From an uncultured virus (IMG/VR IMGVR_UViG_3300029305_012101) (taxonomy: Duplodnaviria; Heunggongvirae; Uroviricota; Caudoviricetes): 20,000 bases of DNA. A program made the translations under genes and the position numbers. Position 1 is the first letter of the stretch. Each line of letters begins with the position of its first letter. The notes below the pieces were generated by a model. The model saw nothing but the letters and a program-made list of their open reading frames with translations, ran no database searches and was not told the origin of the DNA. Location of the stretch: IMG/VR virus record IMGVR_UViG_3300029305_012101; one strand, written 5' to 3'. Shown in pieces: positions 8,833-16,186 of this stretch.

Positions 8833-9363
8833 ATGCCTATTAAGTATGTGAGCCAGGATAACCTGACCCGGGTGCTTTCAAAACTCAAAACTTTGATCGG
8901 CACCAAGGCGGATGCAACCCATGACCACGCTGCCGGCGACATCAAATCCGGCACCCTGTCCAGTGATCGGCTACCCATCGTGCCCATTTCAAAGGGCGGC
9001 ACAGGCGCTGCAACCGCAGAAGAGGCGAGAAAGAGCCTGGCCATCACACCGGAAAACATCGGCGCAGCCAGCGCAAGTGCAGTCTCTGCAAAATATAACG
9101 AGTCTATTATCGGATTGTCCGTGGACGGGCAGACCGTTACATATATCAAGGGTGACGGGTCCGTGCATTCTTTCCAGACTCAGGACACCGATACGACCTA
9201 CTCCATCGGAACCGACCAGGCGACCGGCCTGACAAAACTGTACGCCACTACTGGATCCGCTGAAGATGGAACCATGACCCAGAAGGCGATCAAAACCGAA
9301 CTGGACAAAAAGGTGGGAGTGGAGGTAGACACCACACAGAACGCCTTGATTTTCAAGATTTAA
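8833..9363 (+). CDS. Tail fibre segment protein
   Basis: Start at ATG 8833 after AAGGAG (ORF-track start 8782 is too early); H.H.AGDIKSGTL...P+SKGGTGA.TA..AR..L motif typical of fibres; TGLTKLY..TG...DGTMTQKAI. Confidence 0.7.
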   Translation: MPIKYVSQDNLTRVLSKLKTLIGTKADATHDHAAGDIKSGTLSSDRLPIVPISKGGTGAATAEEARKSLAITPENIGAASASAVSAKYNESIIGLSVDGQTVTYIKGDGSVHSFQTQDTDTTYSIGTDQATGLTKLYATTGSAEDGTMTQKAIKTELDKKVGVEVDTTQNALIFKI

Positions 9364-9385
9364 TTAGAAAAGGGGAAACAGTAAT

Positions 9386-10621
9386 ATGGCTCATTCCGCT
9401 AATATTATCAGCTCTATCAAGCTGCCCAACGGGACTACCTACGAGATCCATGACGCACAGGCCATCCACAAAATCGAAGATCTTGGCCTTGCTTCCGTCC
9501 TGAAATTTAAGGGAACCCAGGCCAGCGAGTCCGCAGTCCATGCGCTGACTTCCGCAGAAGTGGGCGACGTGTATCTGGCGGGCGGTGCGGAGTATGTGTG
9601 CATTGAGGCGATCTCCGGCACTGCAAAGGCATCCGCCTGGGAGAAACTGGGCAACGTCCACGATGCCGCAGCTTCCAACCACACTCACACCACCACCGTG
9701 ACCGGCACCAACGCGGCATCCACCGTGACCGGCACCGTGACCGTGCCCACCGTCAGCAAAACACAGAAGTATCTGTCCGCTGCGGCAGGCGTACCTACCG
9801 TGACTCCGGTTACAGACACCGTTCTGGGCACCGGCACCACGTTTGCCGTCTCCGGCGGCGCAGCCAACGCAACCAAAACCAAGATCGGTGCCACTGCAAG
9901 CGGCGCAGCTGTTGGTGCAAACGGAACAGCCAAGGCTATCACCGCCCTGGGCACTCCTACCACCGCTGCGGCCATCACCGCGCTGAATACCACCACCGTC
10001 AAGAATCCCACCGTTACTCCGGTGAGCATTCCCAACGTGACCGGTAACTCCGCTGTGACCGCTACCAAGATGTCCAGCTACGGCACTCTGCCTTCCTGGA
10101 GCGCTTCCGTTTCCGATGGTGTGCTGTCCTTCTCCTTCGGCGCAGGCACTCTTCCCACCGGTTCCGACGTGTCCGCTTCCAAGGTGACTCTGGGCACCGC
10201 TCTGAGCGCCTCCAGCGTGAGCACTTCCGATGTGACCGTGGCTACCGGCTCCAAGAGCACCGCCAACGCCATCACCGGCTTCGGCACTCATACCACCGCC
10301 AATGCTCTGACCGGCGTGAAGATGACCGCCCAGCCTACCATCACCCTCAGCGCTGACGCTACTACCGGCGTGGATGTCGTGATCGATGTGTCCAATTCCG
10401 CCATCTCTGTTACGGCAAGCGGCGACAACGTGACCGCTATGACCGGCGTGACGGTTGGTGCCCCTGCAATTACTCTGACAAACAACTCCTCCAGCGTGAC
10501 CGGTTCCGTGCCCGTTGTTTCCGCTGTGGAAATTGGCTCTGCTTCTGCAAGCCTGACCAACGGCTCTGCTGCAGCTCAGAAGTGGACCCAGGCCAGCGGA
10601 ACTACCAGCACTCCCAAGTAA
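9386..10621 (+). CDS. Thr/Ser/Ala/Val/Gly-rich fibre protein
   Basis: 411 aa; LKFKGT...VGDVYL..G.EYV...WEKLG domain followed by long low-complexity beta-strand-like region; located in fibre cluster. Confidence 0.65.
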   Translation: MAHSANIISSIKLPNGTTYEIHDAQAIHKIEDLGLASVLKFKGTQASESAVHALTSAEVGDVYLAGGAEYVCIEAISGTAKASAWEKLGNVHDAAASNHTHTTTVTGTNAASTVTGTVTVPTVSKTQKYLSAAAGVPTVTPVTDTVLGTGTTFAVSGGAANATKTKIGATASGAAVGANGTAKAITALGTPTTAAAITALNTTTVKNPTVTPVSIPNVTGNSAVTATKMSSYGTLPSWSASVSDGVLSFSFGAGTLPTGSDVSASKVTLGTALSASSVSTSDVTVATGSKSTANAITGFGTHTTANALTGVKMTAQPTITLSADATTGVDVVIDVSNSAISVTASGDNVTAMTGVTVGAPAITLTNNSSSVTGSVPVVSAVEIGSASASLTNGSAAAQKWTQASGTTSTPK

Positions 10622-10663
10622 TCCGGGCGCGGATCGAATTTTGTAGAAAAGGAGGGGGCATAA

Positions 10664-11353
10664 TTGTCAATCTCTCAAATTAAAATCGGCAGCGATACCC
10701 ATGACATCGTTGCCGGCGCCAATATTTACTGCACCTGTGGCACTGCCGCCGCTACAGCGGCGAAAGTAGCAACAGTTGTCGCCGGTAAATTCAGTCTGTT
10801 CACCGGCGCCCGGGTTATCGTCAAATTCACATATGCCAACAGCGCAGCTACCCCGACATTGAACGTCGGCGGGACTGGTGCTAAGTCGATTATGCGATAT
10901 GGCTCTACCGCCATTAGTACCGGAACGACCACCTCCGGATGGAGCGCAGGAGCTATTCAGGCGTTCACTTACGATGGTACAAACTGGGTGCAAGACTACT
11001 GGTACAACAGCACCTATAGCAACGCCTCTCTGGGTCAGGGCTACGGCACCTGCTCCACTGCTGCAGCAACGACCGCAAAGGTGGTTACATTGAGCAGTTA
11101 TTCGTTGACTACTGGCGGCGTGGTTGCCGTTAAGTTCACCTATGCCGTGCCTGCCAATGCAACCATGAATATCAACAGTAAGGGTGCAAAGTCCATTTAC
11201 CACCGAGGGGCGGCCATCACCGCAGGCATTATTAAGGCGGGTGACATTGCAATATTTATCTACAACGGCAGCCAGTATCATCTGCTGGGCATAGATGATA
11301 TTCCCGTCGTAGCTACCACCGACCAGATCGACGAGATCTGGAACAACGCCTGA
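10664..11353 (+). CDS. Fibre-associated protein made of two tandem beta-sandwich-like repeats
   Basis: TTG start after AAGGAGG; two copies of Y.TC.TAAAT.AKV...SL.TG..V.VKFTYA....T+N+...GAKSI...AG.I..F.Y+G..; C-terminal IDEIWNNA. Confidence 0.7.
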   Translation: MSISQIKIGSDTHDIVAGANIYCTCGTAAATAAKVATVVAGKFSLFTGARVIVKFTYANSAATPTLNVGGTGAKSIMRYGSTAISTGTTTSGWSAGAIQAFTYDGTNWVQDYWYNSTYSNASLGQGYGTCSTAAATTAKVVTLSSYSLTTGGVVAVKFTYAVPANATMNINSKGAKSIYHRGAAITAGIIKAGDIAIFIYNGSQYHLLGIDDIPVVATTDQIDEIWNNA

Positions 11354-11373
11354 TTTAGAAAGGAGGCCATACA

Positions 11374-12507
11374 ATGGCACAAACATTTATTGATTTGAAC
11401 GGCCTGGCCCATGCTTTCAGCAAGGTTAAGGCGTTGGTTGCCACCAAGGCCAACGCCGATCTCAGTAATGTGGGCAAGGATACTCTTGCCGCTGCGGTGG
11501 AGGAGGCCGGCATTAAGAATTACACTCACCCCACCACCAGCGGCAACAAGCATATCCCCTCTGGCGGTTCTTCCGGCAAAATCCTGAAGTGGTCTGCTGA
11601 TGGTACAGCAGTCTGGGGCGATGAAAAAAGCATTACCGTGGACAGCGCTCTTTCCAGCAGCTCCACCAACCCCGTGCAGAACAAGGTGGTCAAGGAAGCT
11701 CTGGACGGCAAGATGTCCAGCGACGGCGGCAATATGGGCGGAGAGCTGGTTTTCAACACTTCCGATGGCGGTGTGCAACTGGCAAACCCGTATGCCAACG
11801 GCAGAAAAGGCTACATTACCCAGCCTGCAAACGGTGAAATTGAGATCAAAAACCATGTGGGTTCCGGCAACGATTTTACTGCTCTGCAGCTGAAGCCCGA
11901 AGGCTACAACGGCGTGAACTTCCTGCGGGCGCTGCGTATGAGCGGCGGTGTGCAGACAGGCTACGACGTGCTCCACACCGGCAATATCAGAGAACATGCG
12001 GCGGAGAAGGAACACGACCATACTGCTGCCGATGTAGGCGCCGTGCCCACGGGCGGCGTGGATAAGGATTTTTCCGAATACACTACCTGGGCCGATCTTC
12101 TGAGCGCACTGCCCGTCGGCAGCGTAACAATGGTGCGGATCGCTGAGATCAACGATGAGTTGGTGCCTGCCGAGTGCCCGAACACTTCCTGGGCCAGTTT
12201 CGTGATCAGAAAGCCGAACACTGTCTACCAGACCTGTTCCGTGACGCTGCATGCCTATACTGAGAATGGGCCCCGCGTTTTTGAAGCAATTTTTGCTCAG
12301 GGTACTGCTGCAGTATCCTGGATGGAAGTCGCGGCTGTAGGCCACACCCAGGCTGCCAGCACCATCACCGCCGGCACCTTCGGCGGTCAGGTGGTAGCCA
12401 ACGCCTCCAACCAGACCCCCGGCACCAGCCTGATCCGCAACACCAAGCTGGTCTCCGCAGACACCACGCCCACCGTCAACGGCGAAATCAACTGGACGTA
12501 CAAGTAA
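11374..12507 (+). CDS. Distal tail fibre protein
   Basis: AAGGAGG RBS; NYTHPTTSGNKHIPSGGSSGKILKW, VDSALSSSSTNPVQNKVV, VLHTGN, H.HTAADVGAVP fibre motifs; ends TPTVNGEINWTYK. Confidence 0.75.
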   Translation: MAQTFIDLNGLAHAFSKVKALVATKANADLSNVGKDTLAAAVEEAGIKNYTHPTTSGNKHIPSGGSSGKILKWSADGTAVWGDEKSITVDSALSSSSTNPVQNKVVKEALDGKMSSDGGNMGGELVFNTSDGGVQLANPYANGRKGYITQPANGEIEIKNHVGSGNDFTALQLKPEGYNGVNFLRALRMSGGVQTGYDVLHTGNIREHAAEKEHDHTAADVGAVPTGGVDKDFSEYTTWADLLSALPVGSVTMVRIAEINDELVPAECPNTSWASFVIRKPNTVYQTCSVTLHAYTENGPRVFEAIFAQGTAAVSWMEVAAVGHTQAASTITAGTFGGQVVANASNQTPGTSLIRNTKLVSADTTPTVNGEINWTYK

Positions 12508-12521
12508 GGAGGTGCTGATCT

Positions 12522-13007
12522 ATGGCACATGGAACATTGATCGGCGGCACCGCTTATGAGATCAGCGGAGGCAGAACGCTGGTGGGCGGCACCGGGTACA
12601 GCATCGACAAGGGCAAGACTCTGGTGGATGGGACTGGGTATGAGGTGCCATTTGTAGAAAATGTGCAGTTAAGGCTCGAATTTACAGCAGGAAAAGATAA
12701 TGACAGATATCGCTATGTTGAGGTCAATGGGTCCAAATATTACACTGGAACAATTACCTTGGACGTGCCGGTAGGAACAAGTGTGTATATCTATAACCAA
12801 ACCGGAGATAGGCACACAACGTATCTGGACTATGACGATGAAGAGTGCAATTACTATCCCAAAATTTATGATCGGATTAACGGGATAACGTTGGATTACG
12901 AATTCGGGTATACTTTTGCAATAACAGTTTCTGCTAATATTTTTTGGAAATTTGAAGACAGAGCCCCGTACCAGTGTTACTGTAACGTCAATATCATACC
13001 AATTTAA
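12522..13007 (+). CDS. Putative fibre-tip/receptor-binding protein with AT-rich variable C-terminal domain
   Basis: AAGGAGGTG RBS; N-terminal triple repeat TL(I/V)(G/D)GT(A/G)Y.(I/V); C-terminal two thirds aromatic-rich and encoded by visibly lower-GC DNA. Confidence 0.6.
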   Translation: MAHGTLIGGTAYEISGGRTLVGGTGYSIDKGKTLVDGTGYEVPFVENVQLRLEFTAGKDNDRYRYVEVNGSKYYTGTITLDVPVGTSVYIYNQTGDRHTTYLDYDDEECNYYPKIYDRINGITLDYEFGYTFAITVSANIFWKFEDRAPYQCYCNVNIIPI

Positions 13008-13025
13008 GATTTACAGGAGGATAAT

Positions 13026-13385
13026 ATGACCTATATCAAAATCGATGAAAAACTGATCCCCGCAGAGATCAGTGGGTTCATGACCGACCGGGCATGGGAT
13101 AACCGGGAAAGCAAGGCCATCACTCTGGAAATGTCCCACGCCGAAGCGAACGAGCTGTTTGTTGACGGTCTGCCCTGGAGCATCGTCATGGATGTGGAGA
13201 AGGAGCGGGAGACCGTGCAGGAGGATGGTACGGTGGTGACTGAGATCGTCACCACCCAGGAGGAGTACGACAACTCCGAGTTCTGCGTGGCCGGTGACAT
13301 CACCGACCACCGCGACGGCACTCTGACCGTCAAGATGGGCAAGTTCACCGTTGAGGAAATGCTGCTTATGGAGGTGCTGGCATGA
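13026..13385 (+). CDS. Hypothetical acidic phage protein (possible fibre assembly chaperone, XkdW position)
   Basis: AGGAGG RBS; 119 aa; sits immediately before XkdX with ATGA overlap. Confidence 0.6.
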   Translation: MTYIKIDEKLIPAEISGFMTDRAWDNRESKAITLEMSHAEANELFVDGLPWSIVMDVEKERETVQEDGTVVTEIVTTQEEYDNSEFCVAGDITDHRDGTLTVKMGKFTVEEMLLMEVLA

Positions 13386-13519
13386 AGGTAAGCAAGAATT
13401 CTATCCGCATCCTGTATCGTGCAGGCAAGATCACCATCGAGGGCGTGAAGCAGGCCGTCGAGCGCGGCTGGATCACCGCTGAGGACTTCGAGGCCATCAC
13501 CGGTGAGGTGTTTCGCTGA
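13382..13519 (+). CDS. xkdX: XkdX family small protein (45 aa; absent from ORF track)
   Basis: MKVSKNSIRILYRAGKITIEGVKQAVERGWITAEDFEAITGEVFR*; AV..GWIT.E+F..ITGE is the XkdX signature; RBS GGAGGTG. Confidence 0.85.
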   Translation: MKVSKNSIRILYRAGKITIEGVKQAVERGWITAEDFEAITGEVFR

Positions 13520-13528
13520 TCCAGCGAT

Positions 13529-13567
13529 AAAAGGGGGCGTATCGCTTTGATGCCATACCCCCCTTTT
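13529..13567 (+). terminator. Probable intrinsic terminator between tail and lysis modules
   Basis: AAAAGGGGG-CGTAT...ATAC-CCCCCCTTTT inverted repeat ending in a T-run, right after xkdX. Confidence 0.55.
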
Positions 13568-13619
13568 CCCACATTCCCCTAACAAAAACACTGCCAATGC
13601 GGCAGAAAGGCGTTTTATT

Positions 13620-14252
13620 ATGGAATATATTGAATACCTGGGTCTGCCTGCAACGGTGGTGATATGCCTGGCCGCGGCGTATCTGGTCATGAATCTGGTC
13701 GGAGAGCTGCTGGAATTCAAGGGCAAGGTGGTGCCGGAGTTTTTGAAGATCCGCAAGTATTTTGCCCGGAAGCGGCAGGAGCGGGAGACCCTGGCAGAGG
13801 TGCAGAAGACCCTGGCGGACGCGAAGGCGACGCTGGAGGCGGTGAAGGTCCAGCTTCTGGAGGTCAACACCCACTACAGCACCGACAACATCACCATGCG
13901 GGACAACTGGATGCACGACGTAGACGACCGGCAATCCAAGGACCACGCATGGATCGAGCGGCTGGATAAGAAGCTGGACAAGATCGGCGACGACACCATG
14001 GCCATACTGATCGAAAACAAGCGGAGTGAGATCATCGGTTTTGCTTCCTATGTGATCGACGACAAGGCCCCAGCCACCCGTGAGCAGTTCCGCCGGATCT
14101 TCAGGACCCACAAGGACTATGAGACCATCATCAAAGAAAATGGCCTGACCAACGGCGAGGTGGACACCGCGCTGCGGATCATCCAGGAGTCATACGAGCA
14201 GCACATGCGTAATCACTCCTTCGTGGAGGACGTGCGCGGATACGGCGCATAA
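13620..14252 (+). CDS. Membrane-anchored coiled-coil protein of the lysis module
   Basis: N-terminal hydrophobic helix (LGLPATVVICLAAAYLVMNLVG), coiled coil, C-terminal Y......GLTNGEVD..I...Y motif; upstream of holins. Confidence 0.65.
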   Translation: MEYIEYLGLPATVVICLAAAYLVMNLVGELLEFKGKVVPEFLKIRKYFARKRQERETLAEVQKTLADAKATLEAVKVQLLEVNTHYSTDNITMRDNWMHDVDDRQSKDHAWIERLDKKLDKIGDDTMAILIENKRSEIIGFASYVIDDKAPATREQFRRIFRTHKDYETIIKENGLTNGEVDTALRIIQESYEQHMRNHSFVEDVRGYGA

Positions 14253-14263
14253 GGAGGAAGGCC

Positions 14264-14557
14264 ATGAGATCGAAGCCGATGGAGACCAGCAAGAAGATCC
14301 TGGCCGGCAGCTGGGCGGCAGCCCTGACGCTGACGGCCATCGTGATCGTGGGCACCTTCCTTCAGGTGGACGTGACCAACCTGACCATTCTGGCCGGGGC
14401 GGCCTGGACGGAGCTGACCGCCGCCCATGGCTTCTACTACTGGAAAGCCAAGAACGAAAACCGGTCCAAGGGCATTCAAACGCTCTTGACAGATATGGCG
14501 GGAAAATACGGCATCGACGCCGTTGCCCGCATTGCAGAATTGATTTTTAAGGAGTGA
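14264..14557 (+). CDS. Holin-like membrane protein (two TM helices)
   Basis: ETSKKIL + two hydrophobic helices + GFYYWKAKNEN motif; AAGGAGG RBS. Confidence 0.65.
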   Translation: MRSKPMETSKKILAGSWAAALTLTAIVIVGTFLQVDVTNLTILAGAAWTELTAAHGFYYWKAKNENRSKGIQTLLTDMAGKYGIDAVARIAELIFKE

Positions 14558-14562
14558 AGACC

Positions 14563-14865
14563 ATGGAACTGATTCTGGATTGTCTCGCCGAGATCGCTGG
14601 CCTTCTGGTCGGCGCATGCGTCGTGTACCTGGCCAAGGTGGCCGGCGGCTACATCAAAGAGCAGCGGCTGCAGAAGTTCATCAACTCCCTGGTGAAAGCC
14701 GCGGAGCAGCTGTACGACAAGGAGATCGACGACACCGGCGAGATCCGCCTGGCCTACGTCGAGTCCATGGTGGAGGACGCCGGCTACAAGCTGACCTCCG
14801 CCGTCAGAGCCTACATCGAAAGCAAGGTCTACGACCTGAACTACGCGCAGAAGAAAAACAACTGA
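14563..14865 (+). CDS. Holin, LL-H family-like
   Basis: One N-terminal TM helix then LVKAAEQLY...GE.RLAYV...IESKVY pattern; ATG 14563 suits RBS AAGGAG at 14549 (GTG 14554 is the alternative start). Confidence 0.7.
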   Translation: MELILDCLAEIAGLLVGACVVYLAKVAGGYIKEQRLQKFINSLVKAAEQLYDKEIDDTGEIRLAYVESMVEDAGYKLTSAVRAYIESKVYDLNYAQKKNN

Positions 14866-14879
14866 GAGGATGATCCCGC

Positions 14880-15644
14880 ATGACAGAACAGCAGCTTAGA
14901 CAGAAAGTAGTATCTATTATGGAGGGCTGGCTGGGATGTAAGGAGTCCGATGGGAGCCATCGGAAGATCATTGATACATACAACGCCCACACGCCCCGGG
15001 CCCGCGGCTACAAGGTGACATACACCGACGCATGGTGCGCCACGGCCGTCTCCGCCGCCTTCATCAAGGCGGATATGGTGGACATCGGGCCGGCAGAGTG
15101 CAGCTGCAGCAAGATGATCGATCTGTACAAGAAGAAGGGTCGGTGGCAGGAACACGATGGTTACAAGCCGCAGGCCGGCGACGTGATCTTCTACGACTGG
15201 GACGACCTGGGCGTCGGGGAATGCACCGGAGCGCCGGAGCACGTCGGCATCGTTGCCTCCGTGAGCGGCAGCACCATGAAGATCATCGAGGGCAACCTGA
15301 GCAACGCGGTGGGCTACCGCAATCTGGCCATCAACGGCCGATTCATCCGGGGCTACGGCCTGCCGGACTACGCCAGCAAGGTGATCGCCCCCAACAACCC
15401 CGCTGCCAAGGCGGACCCCGCACGATCCTTCGAGCGCGCCTACGCCAAGACCTACACGGTGACGGCATCCGCGCTCAACCTACGCATGGGCGCCAGCACC
15501 AAGAAGAGCATCATCAAAGCCCTCCCCAACGGCAGCAAAGTGACATGCTACGGCTACTACACCAAGACCGGAGAGACCACATGGCTGTTGGTGAAGGACA
15601 GCACCGGAACCGTCGGGTTCTGCTCAAAGAAATATCTGAAGTAA
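14880..15644 (+). CDS. Endolysin: CHAP domain + C-terminal SH3b cell-wall-binding domain
   Basis: Catalytic AWCATAVS, PQAGDVIFYDW, HVGIV, IEGN, IRGYGLP; C-terminal VTASALNLRMGAST...IIKALPNGSKV...W...GFCSKKYL. Confidence 0.9.
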   Translation: MTEQQLRQKVVSIMEGWLGCKESDGSHRKIIDTYNAHTPRARGYKVTYTDAWCATAVSAAFIKADMVDIGPAECSCSKMIDLYKKKGRWQEHDGYKPQAGDVIFYDWDDLGVGECTGAPEHVGIVASVSGSTMKIIEGNLSNAVGYRNLAINGRFIRGYGLPDYASKVIAPNNPAAKADPARSFERAYAKTYTVTASALNLRMGASTKKSIIKALPNGSKVTCYGYYTKTGETTWLLVKDSTGTVGFCSKKYLK

Positions 15645-15646
15645 TA

Positions 15647-15678
15647 AAAACGCCCCGGGCTCAGGCCTGGGGCGTTTT
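15647..15678. terminator. Bidirectional intrinsic terminator
   Basis: AAAACGCCCCGGGC-TCAG-GCCTGGGGCGTTTT between the convergent endolysin and HTH genes; overlaps the HTH stop codon. Confidence 0.8.
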
Positions 15679-15885
15679 GTCGTCTTCGGGGATGTATTCA
15701 AAAATGTCTCCGGGCTGGCAGTTGAGGGCGGCGCAGATCTTATTCATGTCTTCTATTTTGATCCGCAATGTTTTTCCCATGTTCATGGCGGACAGCGTTG
15801 GCTGCCGGATGCCGGTGATGCTGACCAGCTCCTTCTGGGTGACGCCCTTCTCTTTGAGCAGGGCTTTCAGCTTAATCTTTATCAT
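15661..15885 (-). CDS. Cro/C1-type (XRE, HTH_26-like) transcriptional repressor
   Basis: MIKIKLKALLKEKGVTQKELVSITGIRQPTLSAM...KICAALNCQPGDIFEY; RBS AGGAGGT on minus strand at 15893-15899. Confidence 0.9.
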   Translation of the reverse strand: MIKIKLKALLKEKGVTQKELVSITGIRQPTLSAMNMGKTLRIKIEDMNKICAALNCQPGDIFEYIPEDDKTPQA

Positions 15886-15909
15886 AGCAAATACCTCCTG
15901 TTGGTTGGG

Positions 15910-15938
15910 ATTATACTACCGCTGCCGTATTTTGTCAA
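15910..15938 (-). promoter_or_regulatory. Consensus sigma70/sigmaA promoter for the HTH repressor
   Basis: Minus strand TTGACA (15938-15933) - 17 bp - TATAAT (15915-15910); the spacer carries operator ACTAC-N7-GTATT. Confidence 0.85.
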
Positions 15939-15970
15939 CATGGATCTGCACCATGGTGAGGCGTAAATTT

Positions 15971-15987
15971 ACTACGGTAAAAGTAGT
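15971..15987. promoter_or_regulatory. Palindromic operator ACTAC-N7-GTAGT (one of three copies)
   Basis: ACTACGGTAAAAGTAGT; other copies at 16003-16019 (ACTACGCTAGGAGTAGT) and 15915-15931 (ACTACCGCTGCCGTATT). Confidence 0.75.
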
Positions 15988-15995
15988 TTTATCTA

Positions 15996-16027
15996 TTGAC
16001 AAACTACGCTAGGAGTAGTATTATAAT
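15996..16027 (+). promoter_or_regulatory. sigma70/sigmaA promoter for the accessory operon, operator in spacer
   Basis: TTGACA (15996-16001) - 17 bp - TATTAT (16019-16024), with overlapping TATAAT at 16022-16027. Confidence 0.8.
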
Positions 16028-16033
16028 AGTGCA

Positions 16034-16185
16034 GGGAGGAGTTGATCTCCCAGCCGCCCGCCTGCCGGGGCGTAGAGTCCGGCAGGGGCCAACCTCCCGG
16101 GCCGACACGGAGAGCGGCCGCCTGACAAGGGCTGGAACGGTTTACGGAGGAGCGATCCTCACGACGATATATGGGAGGAATTGAT
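16034..16185 (+). ncRNA. Candidate structured 5' leader RNA
   Basis: Multiple stems (16061-68/16079-86; 16100-04/16115-19; enclosing 16050-55/16130-35; GAGGA-GCGA-TCCTC GNRA hairpin 16147-60) between promoter and RBS; no family recognised. Confidence 0.45.
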
Positions 16186-16186
16186 T

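Noticed and set aside
12522..13007. Diversity-generating retroelement
   Set aside because: No reverse transcriptase and no template/variable repeat pair visible in this window; cannot be excluded elsewhere in the prophage.
7820..13007. Invertase-driven tail fibre shufflon
   Set aside because: All fibre genes are on the + strand with their own RBS; no inverted cassettes or invertase gene seen.
1..15644. Calling the element a tailocin/PBSX-like defective phage
   Set aside because: Head and replication genes would lie upstream of the window; the att-like junction and accessory operon favour a true integrated prophage, but completeness cannot be judged here.
15661..15885. HTH as antitoxin of a TA pair or as the main CI repressor
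   Set aside because: No adjacent co-transcribed toxin; no S24 peptidase domain or lysogeny-module context; operators point to local control.
16110..16145. Hammerhead or other known ribozyme/riboswitch in the leader (CTGACAAG...GAAC)
   Set aside because: Does not match the CUGAnGA/GAAA core or any aptamer consensus I can recognise.
15996..16184. 62-aa ORF starting at TTG 15996 as a leader peptide
   Set aside because: Its start codon is the -35 box itself, upstream of the predicted transcription start; no RBS.
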